From: Verrucomicrobiota bacterium
Lineage (GTDB): Bacteria; Verrucomicrobiota; Verrucomicrobiia; Limisphaerales; UBA11358
Direction: 5' to 3'
Assembly (NCBI GenBank): GCA_049516755.1
Contig: JBEKSU010000002.1
Span: 1-47,768 of the forward strand
DNA length: 47,768 bases
Shown here: in pieces, positions 17,945 to 28,079 of the stretch
Layout: the number at the start of each line of letters is the position of its first letter
Numbering within the stretch: position 1 is the stretch's first letter
Translations under genes and position numbers: made by a program
Notes under the pieces: model-generated
Databases searched by the model: none
What the model was told of the DNA's origin: nothing
The model's input: the letters and a program-made list of their open reading frames with translations, nothing else

Positions 17945-19080
17945 GAGTTTGCCTGTTTTCCCGGGCGCTTCTTCACGGGCGGCGGGGCCGCCTTGTGCAA
18001 CAGGACCTCGGAATACAGCCGGGTGCCGGCGCCCATTTCGGAATGAATTTCAAATTTATCGGAACATTTTTTGATGTTGGGCAGGCCCATGCCGGCGCCA
18101 AAGCCCAGTTCGCGCGCCAGCGGACCCGCGGTGGACCAGCCTTCCTGCATGGCCAGATCGATGTTCTCAATCCCCGGTCCGTGATCCGTGGCTTCGATGA
18201 CCACCTTGCCCGGGGTGACGGCCACCGAGAGGTCGCCGCCGATGGAATGGATGATGATGTTTGTCTCGGCCTCGTAGGCGACGATTGCCGCGCGGCGCTG
18301 GATGTCCGGGTCCACCCCGCGCATCCGCAAAATCTGGCGCATGCGCTGGGACACCTTGCCCGCGCTGTCGTAATCGCCCGCCTTCACCTCGGCCCGCAAC
18401 ACCATCGGTTCAGCCAGTTTCTGGCCCCGCGCCCGGCCCGGAGTCTGCGCGGCTTCGCGGGTGGCGACCTCCTCGGCGCGCTTCTCCAGGTGTTGCATCA
18501 GGCAGGAGGTGATGTCGCCGCGGGTGATGACGCCCACGAGTTCGCCGGCACTGTTCAACACGGGAAAACGGCCGAAGCCGTGCCGGTCGAACTCTGCCAC
18601 CGCGCGCACGAGGGAAAAATGGTCGCGCAGCGTGACGATGTTCCGCGTCATCCATCGCTCCGCCGGGTCGTTGACGTGGCCCTGATCAAGGGCGTTGATG
18701 ATGTCTTCAATGCTGACCAGACCCACCGGGGCGCCGTTTTGGAGGATGGGCACGCCCGAGATGCGGTGGGACTTCATCAAATTCTGTATGGTGCGCAGTG
18801 AATCCTCCGGCGCGCCGGTCACGGGAGGCCGGGTCATCGCGTCCCGCACGCGCAATTCGTAAGTCAGGACCTGGGCAACGGAAACTTTGAGCGGTTTGCC
18901 CGCGGTCATGCCGGTTTCGGTCGGGGACCCTTCAGCCATGGTTGCGGCGATCGTGCCGTCTTCCAGCCTGACCGCCGCGGCATTATGCGCCACCGCAGCG
19001 CTGGCGGTCAATTCCGGACCCGACTCCGGAAGAATGGCTGCCGGCCGTACCCTCTTTTTCTTTTGTTTGGTGGCGCTCAT
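17941..19080 (-). CDS. CBS-pair domain fused to RsbT/RsbW-like anti-sigma-factor Ser/Thr kinase
   Basis: VRDAMT..ISGVPI..GLVS and WMT..GRFPV..GVITRGD (two CBS); YEAETNIIIH, DHGPGI, GWSTA, GFGAGMGLPN; exact start uncertain. Confidence 0.88.
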   Translation of the reverse strand: MSATKQKKKRVRPAAILPESGPELTASAAVAHNAAAVRLEDGTIAATMAEGSPTETGMTAGKPLKVSVAQVLTYELRVRDAMTRPPVTGAPEDSLRTIQNLMKSHRISGVPILQNGAPVGLVSIEDIINALDQGHVNDPAERWMTRNIVTLRDHFSLVRAVAEFDRHGFGRFPVLNSAGELVGVITRGDITSCLMQHLEKRAEEVATREAAQTPGRARGQKLAEPMVLRAEVKAGDYDSAGKVSQRMRQILRMRGVDPDIQRRAAIVAYEAETNIIIHSIGGDLSVAVTPGKVVIEATDHGPGIENIDLAMQEGWSTAGPLARELGFGAGMGLPNIKKCSDKFEIHSEMGAGTRLYSEVLLHKAAPPPVKKRPGKQANS

Positions 19081-19607
19081 GAAAATCAGGCTTATCCCTT
19101 ATACGGACGTTCATTAGATTTTCGTGCGGGCGGGAGCGAATGGCTCTGCAAAAATTGGTAAACTATCACCGTGCTTTGCACGCCAAAGAATTGGTCAGCC
19201 GTTCATTCCCGTTCCACCGCCCGCGAACGCCGCGATTTTTGAAATTTAGCGCCGGTTCATTTCAGCCATCCGATGACCATGCGATGTCAAAAAAGCACCG
19301 GTGGCATCAGTGTTTCTTTCAAACGGGGCCCATGGTTTGCCCCGCTTCGCGTCATTCTGGGGGGAATGAGTCTTGCGCGGGTTGGGGTGGGATCAAAACC
19401 GGGGCCAATTCACTTGACGCATACTGGAGGTTTGCTTAATTTGTTGACGTGGCAACAACTATTGTAAAGAGCGACAAGGGGGAGGCAGCGATCCGGTCTC
19501 ACCCCGCGAAGAGTTGTTTGGTTGAGCCGTGTTTCCATCAAAGCACTCCGGACGCTGGAGCCGTGAAAAGGGTTGCTTCCGCCAAAGCCAGGGCCTCGGT
19601 CGTGGCG

Positions 19608-20513
19608 ATGAATGTCAATGGCAGCAGCGCCGGCACCAACAACCGCGCCCTGATCAAGGCCATCTCGGATTCCAAGGTTTATCAGGAGTATGAGCGCGCG
19701 TTCAACGTGTTGACCGGCCTGCCGGTGTCGTTGCAGCCGGTGGAAACGTGGCAGTTGCCGCATCACGGCAAGCGGAACGAAAATCCCTTTTGCGCGCTGG
19801 TGTCGCAGAAAAGCCACGCGTGCGCCGCCTGTTTGCAGATGTGGGAACAGCTTTGCGAGAAGGCCGTTCATGAACCGAAGACGATCACCTGTCAGGCCGG
19901 ACTGCTCGACACCGCCGTGCCGGTGCGCCTGGGCGACCGGCTCATCGGTTATTTGCAGACCGGACAGCTTTTCGGCCGGAAGCCGACCCCGCGTCAGTTT
20001 GACCGGGCCGCCAAACTGGTGGAGGGGTGGGGCGTGGACGTGGACCGGGATGCATTGCGGAAGGCCTACTATTCCACCAAGGTGGTGACCGCCAAACAGC
20101 ACGAGGCCGTCGTCCGGCTGCTGGTGATTTTTGCGCAGCATCTGGCGATGCTGGGCAACCAGATTTTCATCCAGCAAAAGAACGCCGAGCCGCCGATCAT
20201 CAAGCGCGCCAAGGAATACATTTACGAACATCATACCGAGGAACTCTCGCTCGCCCGCGCGGCCAAGGCCGTCAACATGAGCACGTTCTACTTCTGCAAG
20301 ATGTTCAAGAAGGTCACGGACATCAATTTCACCGACTACCTGTCGCGCGTCCGCATCGAGAAGGCGAAGAACCTGCTGTTGAATCCGAACCTGCGCGTGA
20401 GCGAAATTGCGTTTGAAGTCGGGTTCCAGTCGCTCACGCATTTCAACCGGGTCTTCAAAAAACTGCTGGGCCAGTCGCCCACGGAATACCGGGCGCAATT
20501 GCTGGCGCGCTGA
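19608..20513 (+). CDS. AraC-family regulator with PocR-type sensor domain
   Basis: NPFC..CAAC..CQAGL..AVPV..IGYLQTGQ; C-terminal RIEKAKNLL, VSEIAFEVGFQSLTHFNRVFKK..G.SP.EYR; start could be upstream (GTG 19449). Confidence 0.9.
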   Translation: MNVNGSSAGTNNRALIKAISDSKVYQEYERAFNVLTGLPVSLQPVETWQLPHHGKRNENPFCALVSQKSHACAACLQMWEQLCEKAVHEPKTITCQAGLLDTAVPVRLGDRLIGYLQTGQLFGRKPTPRQFDRAAKLVEGWGVDVDRDALRKAYYSTKVVTAKQHEAVVRLLVIFAQHLAMLGNQIFIQQKNAEPPIIKRAKEYIYEHHTEELSLARAAKAVNMSTFYFCKMFKKVTDINFTDYLSRVRIEKAKNLLLNPNLRVSEIAFEVGFQSLTHFNRVFKKLLGQSPTEYRAQLLAR

Positions 20514-20635
20514 ACGGGTGGTCAATGGCTGAACCGGCAAACGCTGTGGCCGGACGATGAAGCTTTACCGTTCCGAGCCGGTTACACTTCTGTTTCGAGC
20601 CTTATCCTTGCCGGGCACAATGGCTGGCCGCAAAA

Positions 20636-23554
20636 TTATTTTGCTTTGGCACCAGAATTGAGCGCCTGCAAGTGGTTGCTGGCATTACGCCAGAAGGGGG
20701 TTCCGGTTGGGGTGTTGGCCAGACAGAGACGCAAATAATGCATGGCCTGATTGGTGTCGTGGCGATGCTCGGCAATTATGGCCAGTCCGTAACTGGCGCG
20801 GTCGAGTTCCAAGCCTGATTTTTCGAGTTCGTGAAAGTCCGCCTCTGCCGCCGCATAATCATGGCTGGCGAGCCGGGCGCTGGCGCGGTTAAACCGTGCC
20901 AGCGGCAGGTTGGTGAGAGCCAGGACGTGATCGAGGACCGGAATGGCGTCGGCGGGATTGCCAGATGCAAACAGGATGGCAGCCTTGTCGTTCAGGTCCG
21001 TTATTTCGTCCGGCGATTTGGACAGACGGGTGCTCAAGATCTGCAAAGCGTTCGTGAAATCCCCAAAGGCGAGATAAGCTTTCAAAACATTATGTGCTAT
21101 CTGCGCGTCGTCGGGATACCGCAACCAGACCGACTGGAGTGCGTTACGGGCGTTGGCGGCGTTCGTTTGCGCCAGCCAGAAGTTTGCCTCCAGCAGCGCC
21201 AGATCGAAGTCGACTGCCCGGTTGGTAGATAGATTTTTAGTCTCGTCACGCAAATGGTTGAGGATGGGACGGGCGCGGTCGGTCAACTGGAATTGTGTAT
21301 AGAGCTCGGCCAGGGCAAATTCCGGCGCGGCCACGCCGGGTGCGAGTATCCGGGTGCGTTCAAATTGCTGCACCGCCTGCACCCACTGGCCGGCTTTTTG
21401 ATAAGTGCAGCCAAGCAGATAACAATAAATCGGATCGTCAATCGGGCCACACTTGTTCATGACCAGGCTCAATCGCTGGAGATTCCCCAACTGGCTGGCC
21501 ACCTCGTTGATACCGGCCAGACCCGGCCTTAAGCCGGACTGGAGATTGGCGTTGCAGGCCAGGCTGATCCGCGCCGAGACGTTGTTGGTGTTCAGTTGCA
21601 GCGACTGTTCCAGACGGGTTCGCCCCTCATTCAAACGCCCTTGCTGTTGCAAAGCCACGCCCCAGGCTTCCAGCGAAAGCGAATACCATTCGGCCAGCAG
21701 GCGGTCCTGAAAAAGTGGCGGCGGGTCAATGCCGAAGGATGGGATTTCTTTCTGCCAGATGCTTGGTTGCCGGACCGAAGCGGCAGCGAATGGGGATAAA
21801 TCCTTTTGCCAGGCCTGGGTCCAGAAAGATTCATTCGTATCGGTTGCCGAATCAGATAATAACGGATTAGCCAGGGAATCTGGGCTTCGTAATTTCATTT
21901 CGAAAATGGCACCCGCGGGCTCCAGATAAAAACGTTCAAAATAATGGCCATGGCTTGGATGCAGGTAGAAAAAGCGGTTGGTGCGACTCATCTGTTCCAG
22001 CAACCGCACCGTTTCCAGCGGCGTAAGTTCGTGCCGGTTTTCATCGGTCAGCCAGCCGGCGGGGTGATGGCGTTCCAGCCAGGCACGATATTCCACCGTG
22101 GGCAGGGCGTGCGTATCCACGGCCAGCCAGGCCAACCGGTTGCGGTGGTGAGCCAGTGCGGCCTGAAACGCCTCCAACTTTTGCGGTTGGTCGCTCAACA
22201 TCACACCGCCGCCCGCAGGCAATGACCCGGCCGCCAGTTCGCCGAAGCTTTGCAACGGATGGTGATTCAAATGCAGGATGGCGGGGGCGTTTCTCACAGC
22301 CAGGCCCGCGATGATCAGGACGAGCGATCCGGCGGCGAATTGGACAGCCAGTTGCAACCTCCATTTCTCGGCAGGCAAATGAGTGCCCCGGTGACTGCCC
22401 CGGTGATCCATCCTCTGTAAAATCAACAGGAGGATGCCGGCCAGAAAGCCGGCGCCCAGCGCGGTCAAATAGTCAAATGTCAGCATCGGCAGCGAATCGC
22501 CGAATCGTTGTTGTACCATCTGGCGCGGCCCGATGACCGGGTCAAATGCCAGCCACAAACAAGCCAGCAGCAGCAGCACGCGCAGACCCCGGCAAGTCAG
22601 GAGCTCGATCGGGTTCATTCGCGATTCGTCGTAGCTGTTCTCGTCGCGGAACCGCATCAGACAGGCCAGCGTGGGCACCAAAATATAACACGCCAATCCC
22701 AGCGTCAGCGTCCGGTGCGAAAGCCAGAATTGTTGGTAAAGCGTCCTGACCACGCTCTCGGTCTGCTTCAAACTGACGATGCAGGCGTGGCCCAGGGTCC
22801 AAGGTGAGTGCGGAGCCAGGCCATTGACCAGCGGCAGCAGTGCATATAATGAAAATCCAGCCAACCCCAGCCCGGTCAACCGCAGCAAAAATTCCACCCG
22901 GAACAAACGGAGCCATTGCAGCCAGCTTGCTCCGTCCCTCCTCCTCCTTTGCATGCCACTCTGGAAGAAGAAGTAAAATCCATGCAGCCAGATCACGCCG
23001 CCGATGAATAACGGCAGCGCCAACAGCATCAACCAGTTTTCGGCCATGCCCAGCCCCCAGACAAAGACCGCCGCATCCAGCAGCCAGCGGGATTCCCGGC
23101 GGACGCGATATTCGAGCAGCAACCACAGGGAAGCCGCCAGGACCAGCAAGTCCAGCATTTCGCCGGTGGCGGCGGTTGCCTCCTGCCAGAAGCTGAATTC
23201 CAGCCCGCATACCACGCACGCCAGCAAAACCGGCAGTGCGCGGGCCAGACGGTTTTCTTTTTCCCAGTGACGATCCCACAGCATCAACTGGACGGTGCGC
23301 GCCAGCAAACCCACCGTCAACGCTCCGGTGATGGTGGAAAAGAAATTCAGGCCCAAGGGAACCCAGGCGGCGGGCAACAGCCGCAATGGCAGGGTAAGCA
23401 GCCAGAACAGCGGACGCCCCACCATCGGCACCCAGTCCCAACCCGTCACTTTGGCCGCCAGCGCCAGGCTGTTCATCGTCACTCCGTGGCTCAACGTGAT
23501 GGCGTAAAGCACGAAGGCTGTCAGCGCGGCCAGCAGCGGCAGACGGCGGGTCAT
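20636..23554 (-). CDS. Polytopic membrane protein, DUF2723/GT-C-like N-terminus, with C-terminal TPR repeats
   Basis: LYAITL..GRPLF..LNFFS..FSFWQEA pattern, many TM segments, TPR-like helices (YLLGCTY, ARFNRA, ASYGLA); start 23554 or 23563. Confidence 0.65.
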   Translation of the reverse strand: MTRRLPLLAALTAFVLYAITLSHGVTMNSLALAAKVTGWDWVPMVGRPLFWLLTLPLRLLPAAWVPLGLNFFSTITGALTVGLLARTVQLMLWDRHWEKENRLARALPVLLACVVCGLEFSFWQEATAATGEMLDLLVLAASLWLLLEYRVRRESRWLLDAAVFVWGLGMAENWLMLLALPLFIGGVIWLHGFYFFFQSGMQRRRRDGASWLQWLRLFRVEFLLRLTGLGLAGFSLYALLPLVNGLAPHSPWTLGHACIVSLKQTESVVRTLYQQFWLSHRTLTLGLACYILVPTLACLMRFRDENSYDESRMNPIELLTCRGLRVLLLLACLWLAFDPVIGPRQMVQQRFGDSLPMLTFDYLTALGAGFLAGILLLILQRMDHRGSHRGTHLPAEKWRLQLAVQFAAGSLVLIIAGLAVRNAPAILHLNHHPLQSFGELAAGSLPAGGGVMLSDQPQKLEAFQAALAHHRNRLAWLAVDTHALPTVEYRAWLERHHPAGWLTDENRHELTPLETVRLLEQMSRTNRFFYLHPSHGHYFERFYLEPAGAIFEMKLRSPDSLANPLLSDSATDTNESFWTQAWQKDLSPFAAASVRQPSIWQKEIPSFGIDPPPLFQDRLLAEWYSLSLEAWGVALQQQGRLNEGRTRLEQSLQLNTNNVSARISLACNANLQSGLRPGLAGINEVASQLGNLQRLSLVMNKCGPIDDPIYCYLLGCTYQKAGQWVQAVQQFERTRILAPGVAAPEFALAELYTQFQLTDRARPILNHLRDETKNLSTNRAVDFDLALLEANFWLAQTNAANARNALQSVWLRYPDDAQIAHNVLKAYLAFGDFTNALQILSTRLSKSPDEITDLNDKAAILFASGNPADAIPVLDHVLALTNLPLARFNRASARLASHDYAAAEADFHELEKSGLELDRASYGLAIIAEHRHDTNQAMHYLRLCLANTPTGTPFWRNASNHLQALNSGAKAK

Positions 23555-23599
23555 ATTAAACACGAAACCATTGGATTATATTTTACCAGCTGATGACAG

Positions 23600-23628
23600 A
23601 AAAAAGGATGCGGAGAGTTTCCGCATCC
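23600..23628 (-). terminator. Rho-independent terminator of the PEP-CTERM gene
   Basis: perfect 9-bp stem GGATGCGGA/TCCGCATCC, 5-nt loop, U6 tract on the minus strand. Confidence 0.85.
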
Positions 23629-23662
23629 ATTGATCCCAGATAATTATTTTGCTGCCCGGCGA

Positions 23663-24259
23663 TTATTTCCGGCGGCGGAACAGCAGCAGCCCAAGCCCGC
23701 TCAAGCCGGCCAGCGCCAGTGTCGAGGGTTCGGGAACCGGTGCCGCTCCAATATTTGAAAAAGTAAATGTCAGGTCATTGTAGTTGAAATCAGATATGCC
23801 TTTAGGCCAGTCTTCCCACCCAACAAAGACGTTTCCCGACGATGGAAAATTATCAACCACATAGGCATGAACGGCGCCATCACTATTTTCGGTGCCGGAC
23901 CCCATATTCCAAGTGTTAACGGTGGTCAGGTCTTTCATCGTGAAATCCAACAATGTGCCGGCCGCAAACGTCCCCAAATCAACCGTATTTCCAGGGGAAT
24001 TGAGTTTATTGTCGAAAATTTCAGTGCCGTTTAAATACAATACGTCGTGATCGCCACTCGAGATGCCATGATAATACGTGGCAACGACATCTCCGCCGTT
24101 GGCATAAACAAGCTCCGCATTGGCATTGGCAATTTGAGTGCCGCCGTTCGGGTATGGCACAATTGTCCCTTGAGCCATGGCGGTCAAGCCCGCAAAACTG
24201 GCGCAAACTGCAATTGCGACTGAGCATTGTGGCGATTTACCAAGATATGGTTTTTTCAT
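23663..24259 (-). CDS. PEP-CTERM protein with DUF4114-like domain
   Basis: signal peptide; VGWED..SDFNYNDLTF; C-terminal VPEPSTLALAGLSGLGLLLFRRRK. Confidence 0.93.
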   Translation of the reverse strand: MKKPYLGKSPQCSVAIAVCASFAGLTAMAQGTIVPYPNGGTQIANANAELVYANGGDVVATYYHGISSGDHDVLYLNGTEIFDNKLNSPGNTVDLGTFAAGTLLDFTMKDLTTVNTWNMGSGTENSDGAVHAYVVDNFPSSGNVFVGWEDWPKGISDFNYNDLTFTFSNIGAAPVPEPSTLALAGLSGLGLLLFRRRK

Positions 24260-24425
24260 TTGGATTTATTGGTTATGTGTTTCTAGTTGACCCGGAGAAA
24301 ATCAGGGGTCGGTGATGTGTTGCACCCAAGGAACACAGCGGGGATTGCGTTCAGAATGGCCAACAGAAACCCGGTTTTTGTTTTTATAATTTTTTCCGCT
24401 GATTTTTCCACTGTTCAAGTCGGCG

Positions 24426-24441
24426 CGCAGGTCTCATGCCA
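24426..24441 (-). promoter_or_regulatory. Candidate sigma-54 promoter for the PEP-CTERM gene
   Basis: TGGCATGAGACCTGCG with GG-N10-GC spacing, preceded by a strongly AT-rich tract (~24445-24505). Confidence 0.5.
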
Positions 24442-25175
24442 TTCTGATTCAATTATGATATGTAAATTAGTTATAATTAACGTGATAAACTAATGTAATC
24501 AAGTTTCCATCGCGCCAGCCTTGGTTGATTGGCGGAATGGGCTAATTCGATCAGCGACCCGGTGATGTTCACGGGCAACTTTTGCCAAAGAAAAATAATT
24601 AATCTTCCTCTTCCGCAGGCCGTTTTGCGATACCTTGAGAAGGGTAATTTCAAATCGGCAACTTACCTGGTGAAGTCAGGCTTTGAGACAGTCCGGCTGG
24701 AAATGGGACAATCAAGGGAAGCTTCGCGGGAAAATGAAGATGGAGAATCGTAATTAAACGAGAAGGACAGGCGAACAGCGCGAAAGTCCTTGCGCCAACG
24801 GCAGGAATGCAGCGTCACGCCTTGAATCTCCAGCCGATTGCACCGTTGCCGGAATTCTGTCGCACGATCCAATTCGCACGCTTCAATCAGGTTGGACATT
24901 CATGCGCCGCGCGCGCTGGTGCCGCCAGTATTTGGAGACCGATATGGAGGCAAGTGGCGGAATCGACATTCCCCTTGCCGCTGGCAAAACTTTGCAAAAT
25001 TGGTAAAGTCTTCAACAAGGTTTGGTGAGTAGGCCACCTTGAAATCGCGGACTTTTAAACTGTAGAGTTTTTATGCCGGAAACACTGGGGAATTTACCCG
25101 TGCCGGGCGGTTGCCTGGCACCGGTTCTTGCAGTGCGGTCCGGGTTGTTAAAGGCAAGACGTCCGCAAATATTTT

Positions 25176-27950
25176 ATGGAATTAACAAAAAAAATGAGCA
25201 CTGCCACTTCTGAAATCAATCGCCTCGAGCCTGCCCACGACATTCTGCACCAGACCCGCAAGCATCCGCTGGACCCCATCTGCGCCCCGAAAGTCGTCGC
25301 CGTCATCGGCGCCACGGACAAGCCACGCAGCGTCGGGCGGATGCTGTTTGAAGGCCTCGGTCGCGGCGGTTTCAACGGCGTGGTTTATCCCATCAACCCG
25401 AAGCGTTCCTCCGTGCTGTGCGTCAAGGCCTATCCCAGCATCGGCGCCGTGCCGGAAAAAGTGGACCTGGCGGTCATCTGCACGCCGGCCAAAACCGTGC
25501 CCGGCCTGATCAAAGATTGCGCCAAGGCCGGGGTGGCCGGCGTCATCATCATTTCCGCGGGCTTCAAGGAAACCGGCCCCGAGGGCGTGAAGCTGGAACA
25601 ACAAATCCTCGCCGATGCCCGCGCCGCCGGCATGCGCATCGTCGGTCCCAACTGCCTTGGCGTCCAGATGCCCAACATCGGGTTCAACGCCAGTTTTGCG
25701 GCCACCATCGCCCAGCCCGGCGACGTGGCGTTCCTCAGCCAGAGCGGCGCGCTCTGCTGTGCCGTGCTCGACTGGAGCCTCAAGGAAAATGTCGGGTTCA
25801 GTTGCTTCGCTTCGCTGGGCTCCATGCTTGATGTCGGCTGGGGCGACTTGATTTATTACCTCGGCGATGACCCGAAAACCAAGAGCATCGTCATCTACAT
25901 GGAAACCATCGGCGATGCGCGCTCGTTCCTGTCCGCCGCCCGCGAAGTCGCGCTCACCAAGCCGATCATCGTCATCAAACCCGGCCGCACCGAGGGCGCC
26001 GCCAAGGCCGCCGCGTCGCACACGGGTTCGCTGACCGGCAGCGACGACGTGTTGGAAGCCGCGTTCAAGCGCTGCGGCGTGTTGCGCGTGAACAACATTT
26101 CCGATTTGTTTTACATGTCCGAAGTGCTGGGCCGGCAGCCCCGTCCCCGGGGCAACCGCCTGACCATGATCACCAACGCCGGCGGGCCCGGGGTGCTGGC
26201 CACCGACGCGCTGCTCACCACCGGCGGCGCGCTCGCGGAAGTTTCCAAGGGCACCATCGCGGAGCTGGACAAATTTCTGCCCCCTTCCTGGTCGCGCAAC
26301 AATCCGATTGACGTGCTGGGCGATGCCAGCGCGGAAGCCTACGCCAAGACGCTGGAAATCGCGGGTCGCGATCCGAACAGCGACGGCCTGCTCGTCATTT
26401 TGACGCCGCAGTCCATGACCGAATGCACCAACACCGCGGAAAAATTGAAGGCGTTCGGTCACATCGAAGGCAAGCCGGTGCTCGCCAGCTGGATGGGCGG
26501 CCGGGACGTGGCCGAAGGAGAAGCCATCCTGAACCGCGCCGGCATCCCGACCTTTCCGTATCCCGACACCGCCGCGCGCGTGTTCACATCCATGTGGCGG
26601 TATTCGGACAATCTCCGCGCGCTGTACGAGACCCCCGTGCCTTCTGCGGATGCTGACGATCTCAAGTCCGGGCGCGCCAAGGCCGCAACCTTGATCGAAT
26701 CGGTCCGGAAAACCGGCCGTACCATCTTCACCGAATCCGAATCCAAGGAACTGCTCGCCTGCTACAACATCCCGACCGTCATTACGAAAGTGGCGGCAAC
26801 CGAGGACGAAGCTGCGAAACTGGCGAAGGAAATCGGCTATCCCATCGTGCTGAAGCTTTATTCGGAAACGATTACGCACAAGACCGACGTGGGTGGCGTG
26901 CAGTTGAATCTCAAGGATGAGGCTGACGTTCGCCGGGCGTTCAAGGCCATCAAGACCGCCTGCACCGAAAAGGCCGGCGCCAAACATTTCCAGGGTGTCA
27001 CCGTCCAGAAGATGATCAAGTTGAGTGAAGGCTACGAAATCATCCTCGGCAGCAGCATTGACCCGCAATTCGGGCCGGTGCTCCTGTTCGGCATGGGCGG
27101 CCAGCTCGTCGAAGTGTTCAAGGACAAGGCGCTGGCGCTGCCGCCGTTGAACACCACGCTCGCCCGGCGGATGATGGAAACGACAAAAATTTATCACGCA
27201 CTCAAGGGCGTCCGCGGCCGCAAGTCGGTGGACCTCGCCGCGCTGGAAAAATTGATGGTCGGCTTCAGCCAGCTCGTTTCCGAGCAGCGCTGGATCAAGG
27301 AAATCGACATCAACCCGATGTTCGCCTCCGCCGATGACCTGGTGGCGCTCGACGCCCGCGTCATCCTGCACGACCCGAAAACGACCGAAGACCAGCTGCC
27401 CCGGCTCGCCATCCGTCCGTGCCCGACCCAATACGCCGCGCCGTGGAAAATGAAGGATGGCACATCGGTGACCATCCGCCCCATCCAGCCCGAGGACGAG
27501 CCGTTGCTGGTGAAGTTCCACGAAACCCTCTCCGAGGAAAGCGTGTATCACCGTTATTTCACCCAGTTGAAGCTCGACCAGCGCATTGCGCACGAACGGC
27601 TGACGCGCATCTGTTTCAACGATTACGACCGCGAGATTGCGCTCGTTGCTGAACGCAAGGATCCCAAGACCAAGCAGCGGGAAATTCTGGGCGTGGGCCG
27701 GTTGAGCAAGGAACACGGCCTGAACGAAGGTGACTTCTCCCTGCTCGTCAACGATCACTGGCAGAAAAAAGGACTGGGCGCCGAATTGCTCAAACGCCTC
27801 GTGGAGATCGGGCGGGACGAAAAACTCACGCGTCTCTCCGCGGAAATCATGGCCGACAACCACGCCATGCACCACATCAGCAAACAGGCTGGCTTCAAGC
27901 TGACCGCGGGTGCTGACGGTCGCGACTACACCGCCGAATACGTTTATTAG
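25176..27950 (+). CDS. Acetate-CoA ligase (ADP-forming) family / GNAT acetyltransferase fusion (Pat-like architecture)
   Basis: [41 protein letters not shown]-grasp HKTDVGGV and DINP, C-terminal GNAT WQKKGLG; start 25176 or 25194. Confidence 0.93.
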   Translation: MELTKKMSTATSEINRLEPAHDILHQTRKHPLDPICAPKVVAVIGATDKPRSVGRMLFEGLGRGGFNGVVYPINPKRSSVLCVKAYPSIGAVPEKVDLAVICTPAKTVPGLIKDCAKAGVAGVIIISAGFKETGPEGVKLEQQILADARAAGMRIVGPNCLGVQMPNIGFNASFAATIAQPGDVAFLSQSGALCCAVLDWSLKENVGFSCFASLGSMLDVGWGDLIYYLGDDPKTKSIVIYMETIGDARSFLSAAREVALTKPIIVIKPGRTEGAAKAAASHTGSLTGSDDVLEAAFKRCGVLRVNNISDLFYMSEVLGRQPRPRGNRLTMITNAGGPGVLATDALLTTGGALAEVSKGTIAELDKFLPPSWSRNNPIDVLGDASAEAYAKTLEIAGRDPNSDGLLVILTPQSMTECTNTAEKLKAFGHIEGKPVLASWMGGRDVAEGEAILNRAGIPTFPYPDTAARVFTSMWRYSDNLRALYETPVPSADADDLKSGRAKAATLIESVRKTGRTIFTESESKELLACYNIPTVITKVAATEDEAAKLAKEIGYPIVLKLYSETITHKTDVGGVQLNLKDEADVRRAFKAIKTACTEKAGAKHFQGVTVQKMIKLSEGYEIILGSSIDPQFGPVLLFGMGGQLVEVFKDKALALPPLNTTLARRMMETTKIYHALKGVRGRKSVDLAALEKLMVGFSQLVSEQRWIKEIDINPMFASADDLVALDARVILHDPKTTEDQLPRLAIRPCPTQYAAPWKMKDGTSVTIRPIQPEDEPLLVKFHETLSEESVYHRYFTQLKLDQRIAHERLTRICFNDYDREIALVAERKDPKTKQREILGVGRLSKEHGLNEGDFSLLVNDHWQKKGLGAELLKRLVEIGRDEKLTRLSAEIMADNHAMHHISKQAGFKLTAGADGRDYTAEYVY

Positions 27951-28079
27951 ACGCGGGGCTGTCTGCGGGATGGATATCGAATAACGGCAGCGTCCGGTTT
28001 TCTTTGCAGGCGGTCATGCAAATGGCCGCCTGCCGCAGTATTGCCACGGAGGGCGGGCATCCTTTAGCCTTTCCCTAAC

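Noticed and set aside
24529-25032. Short ORFs in the long intergenic region
   Set aside because: No motifs or RBS, and they overlap on both strands; more likely regulatory DNA
25116-25132. TGGCACCGGTTCTTGCA as a sigma-54 promoter
   Set aside because: GG-to-GC spacing is 11 nt, not the required 10
25182-27875. 897-aa minus-strand ORF (likewise 38906-41410, 9316-10902, 13500-15068, 4233-5939, 45158-46681, 2160-3512, 30945-32621)
   Set aside because: Antisense shadows of well-supported genes in high-GC DNA; no recognisable motifs
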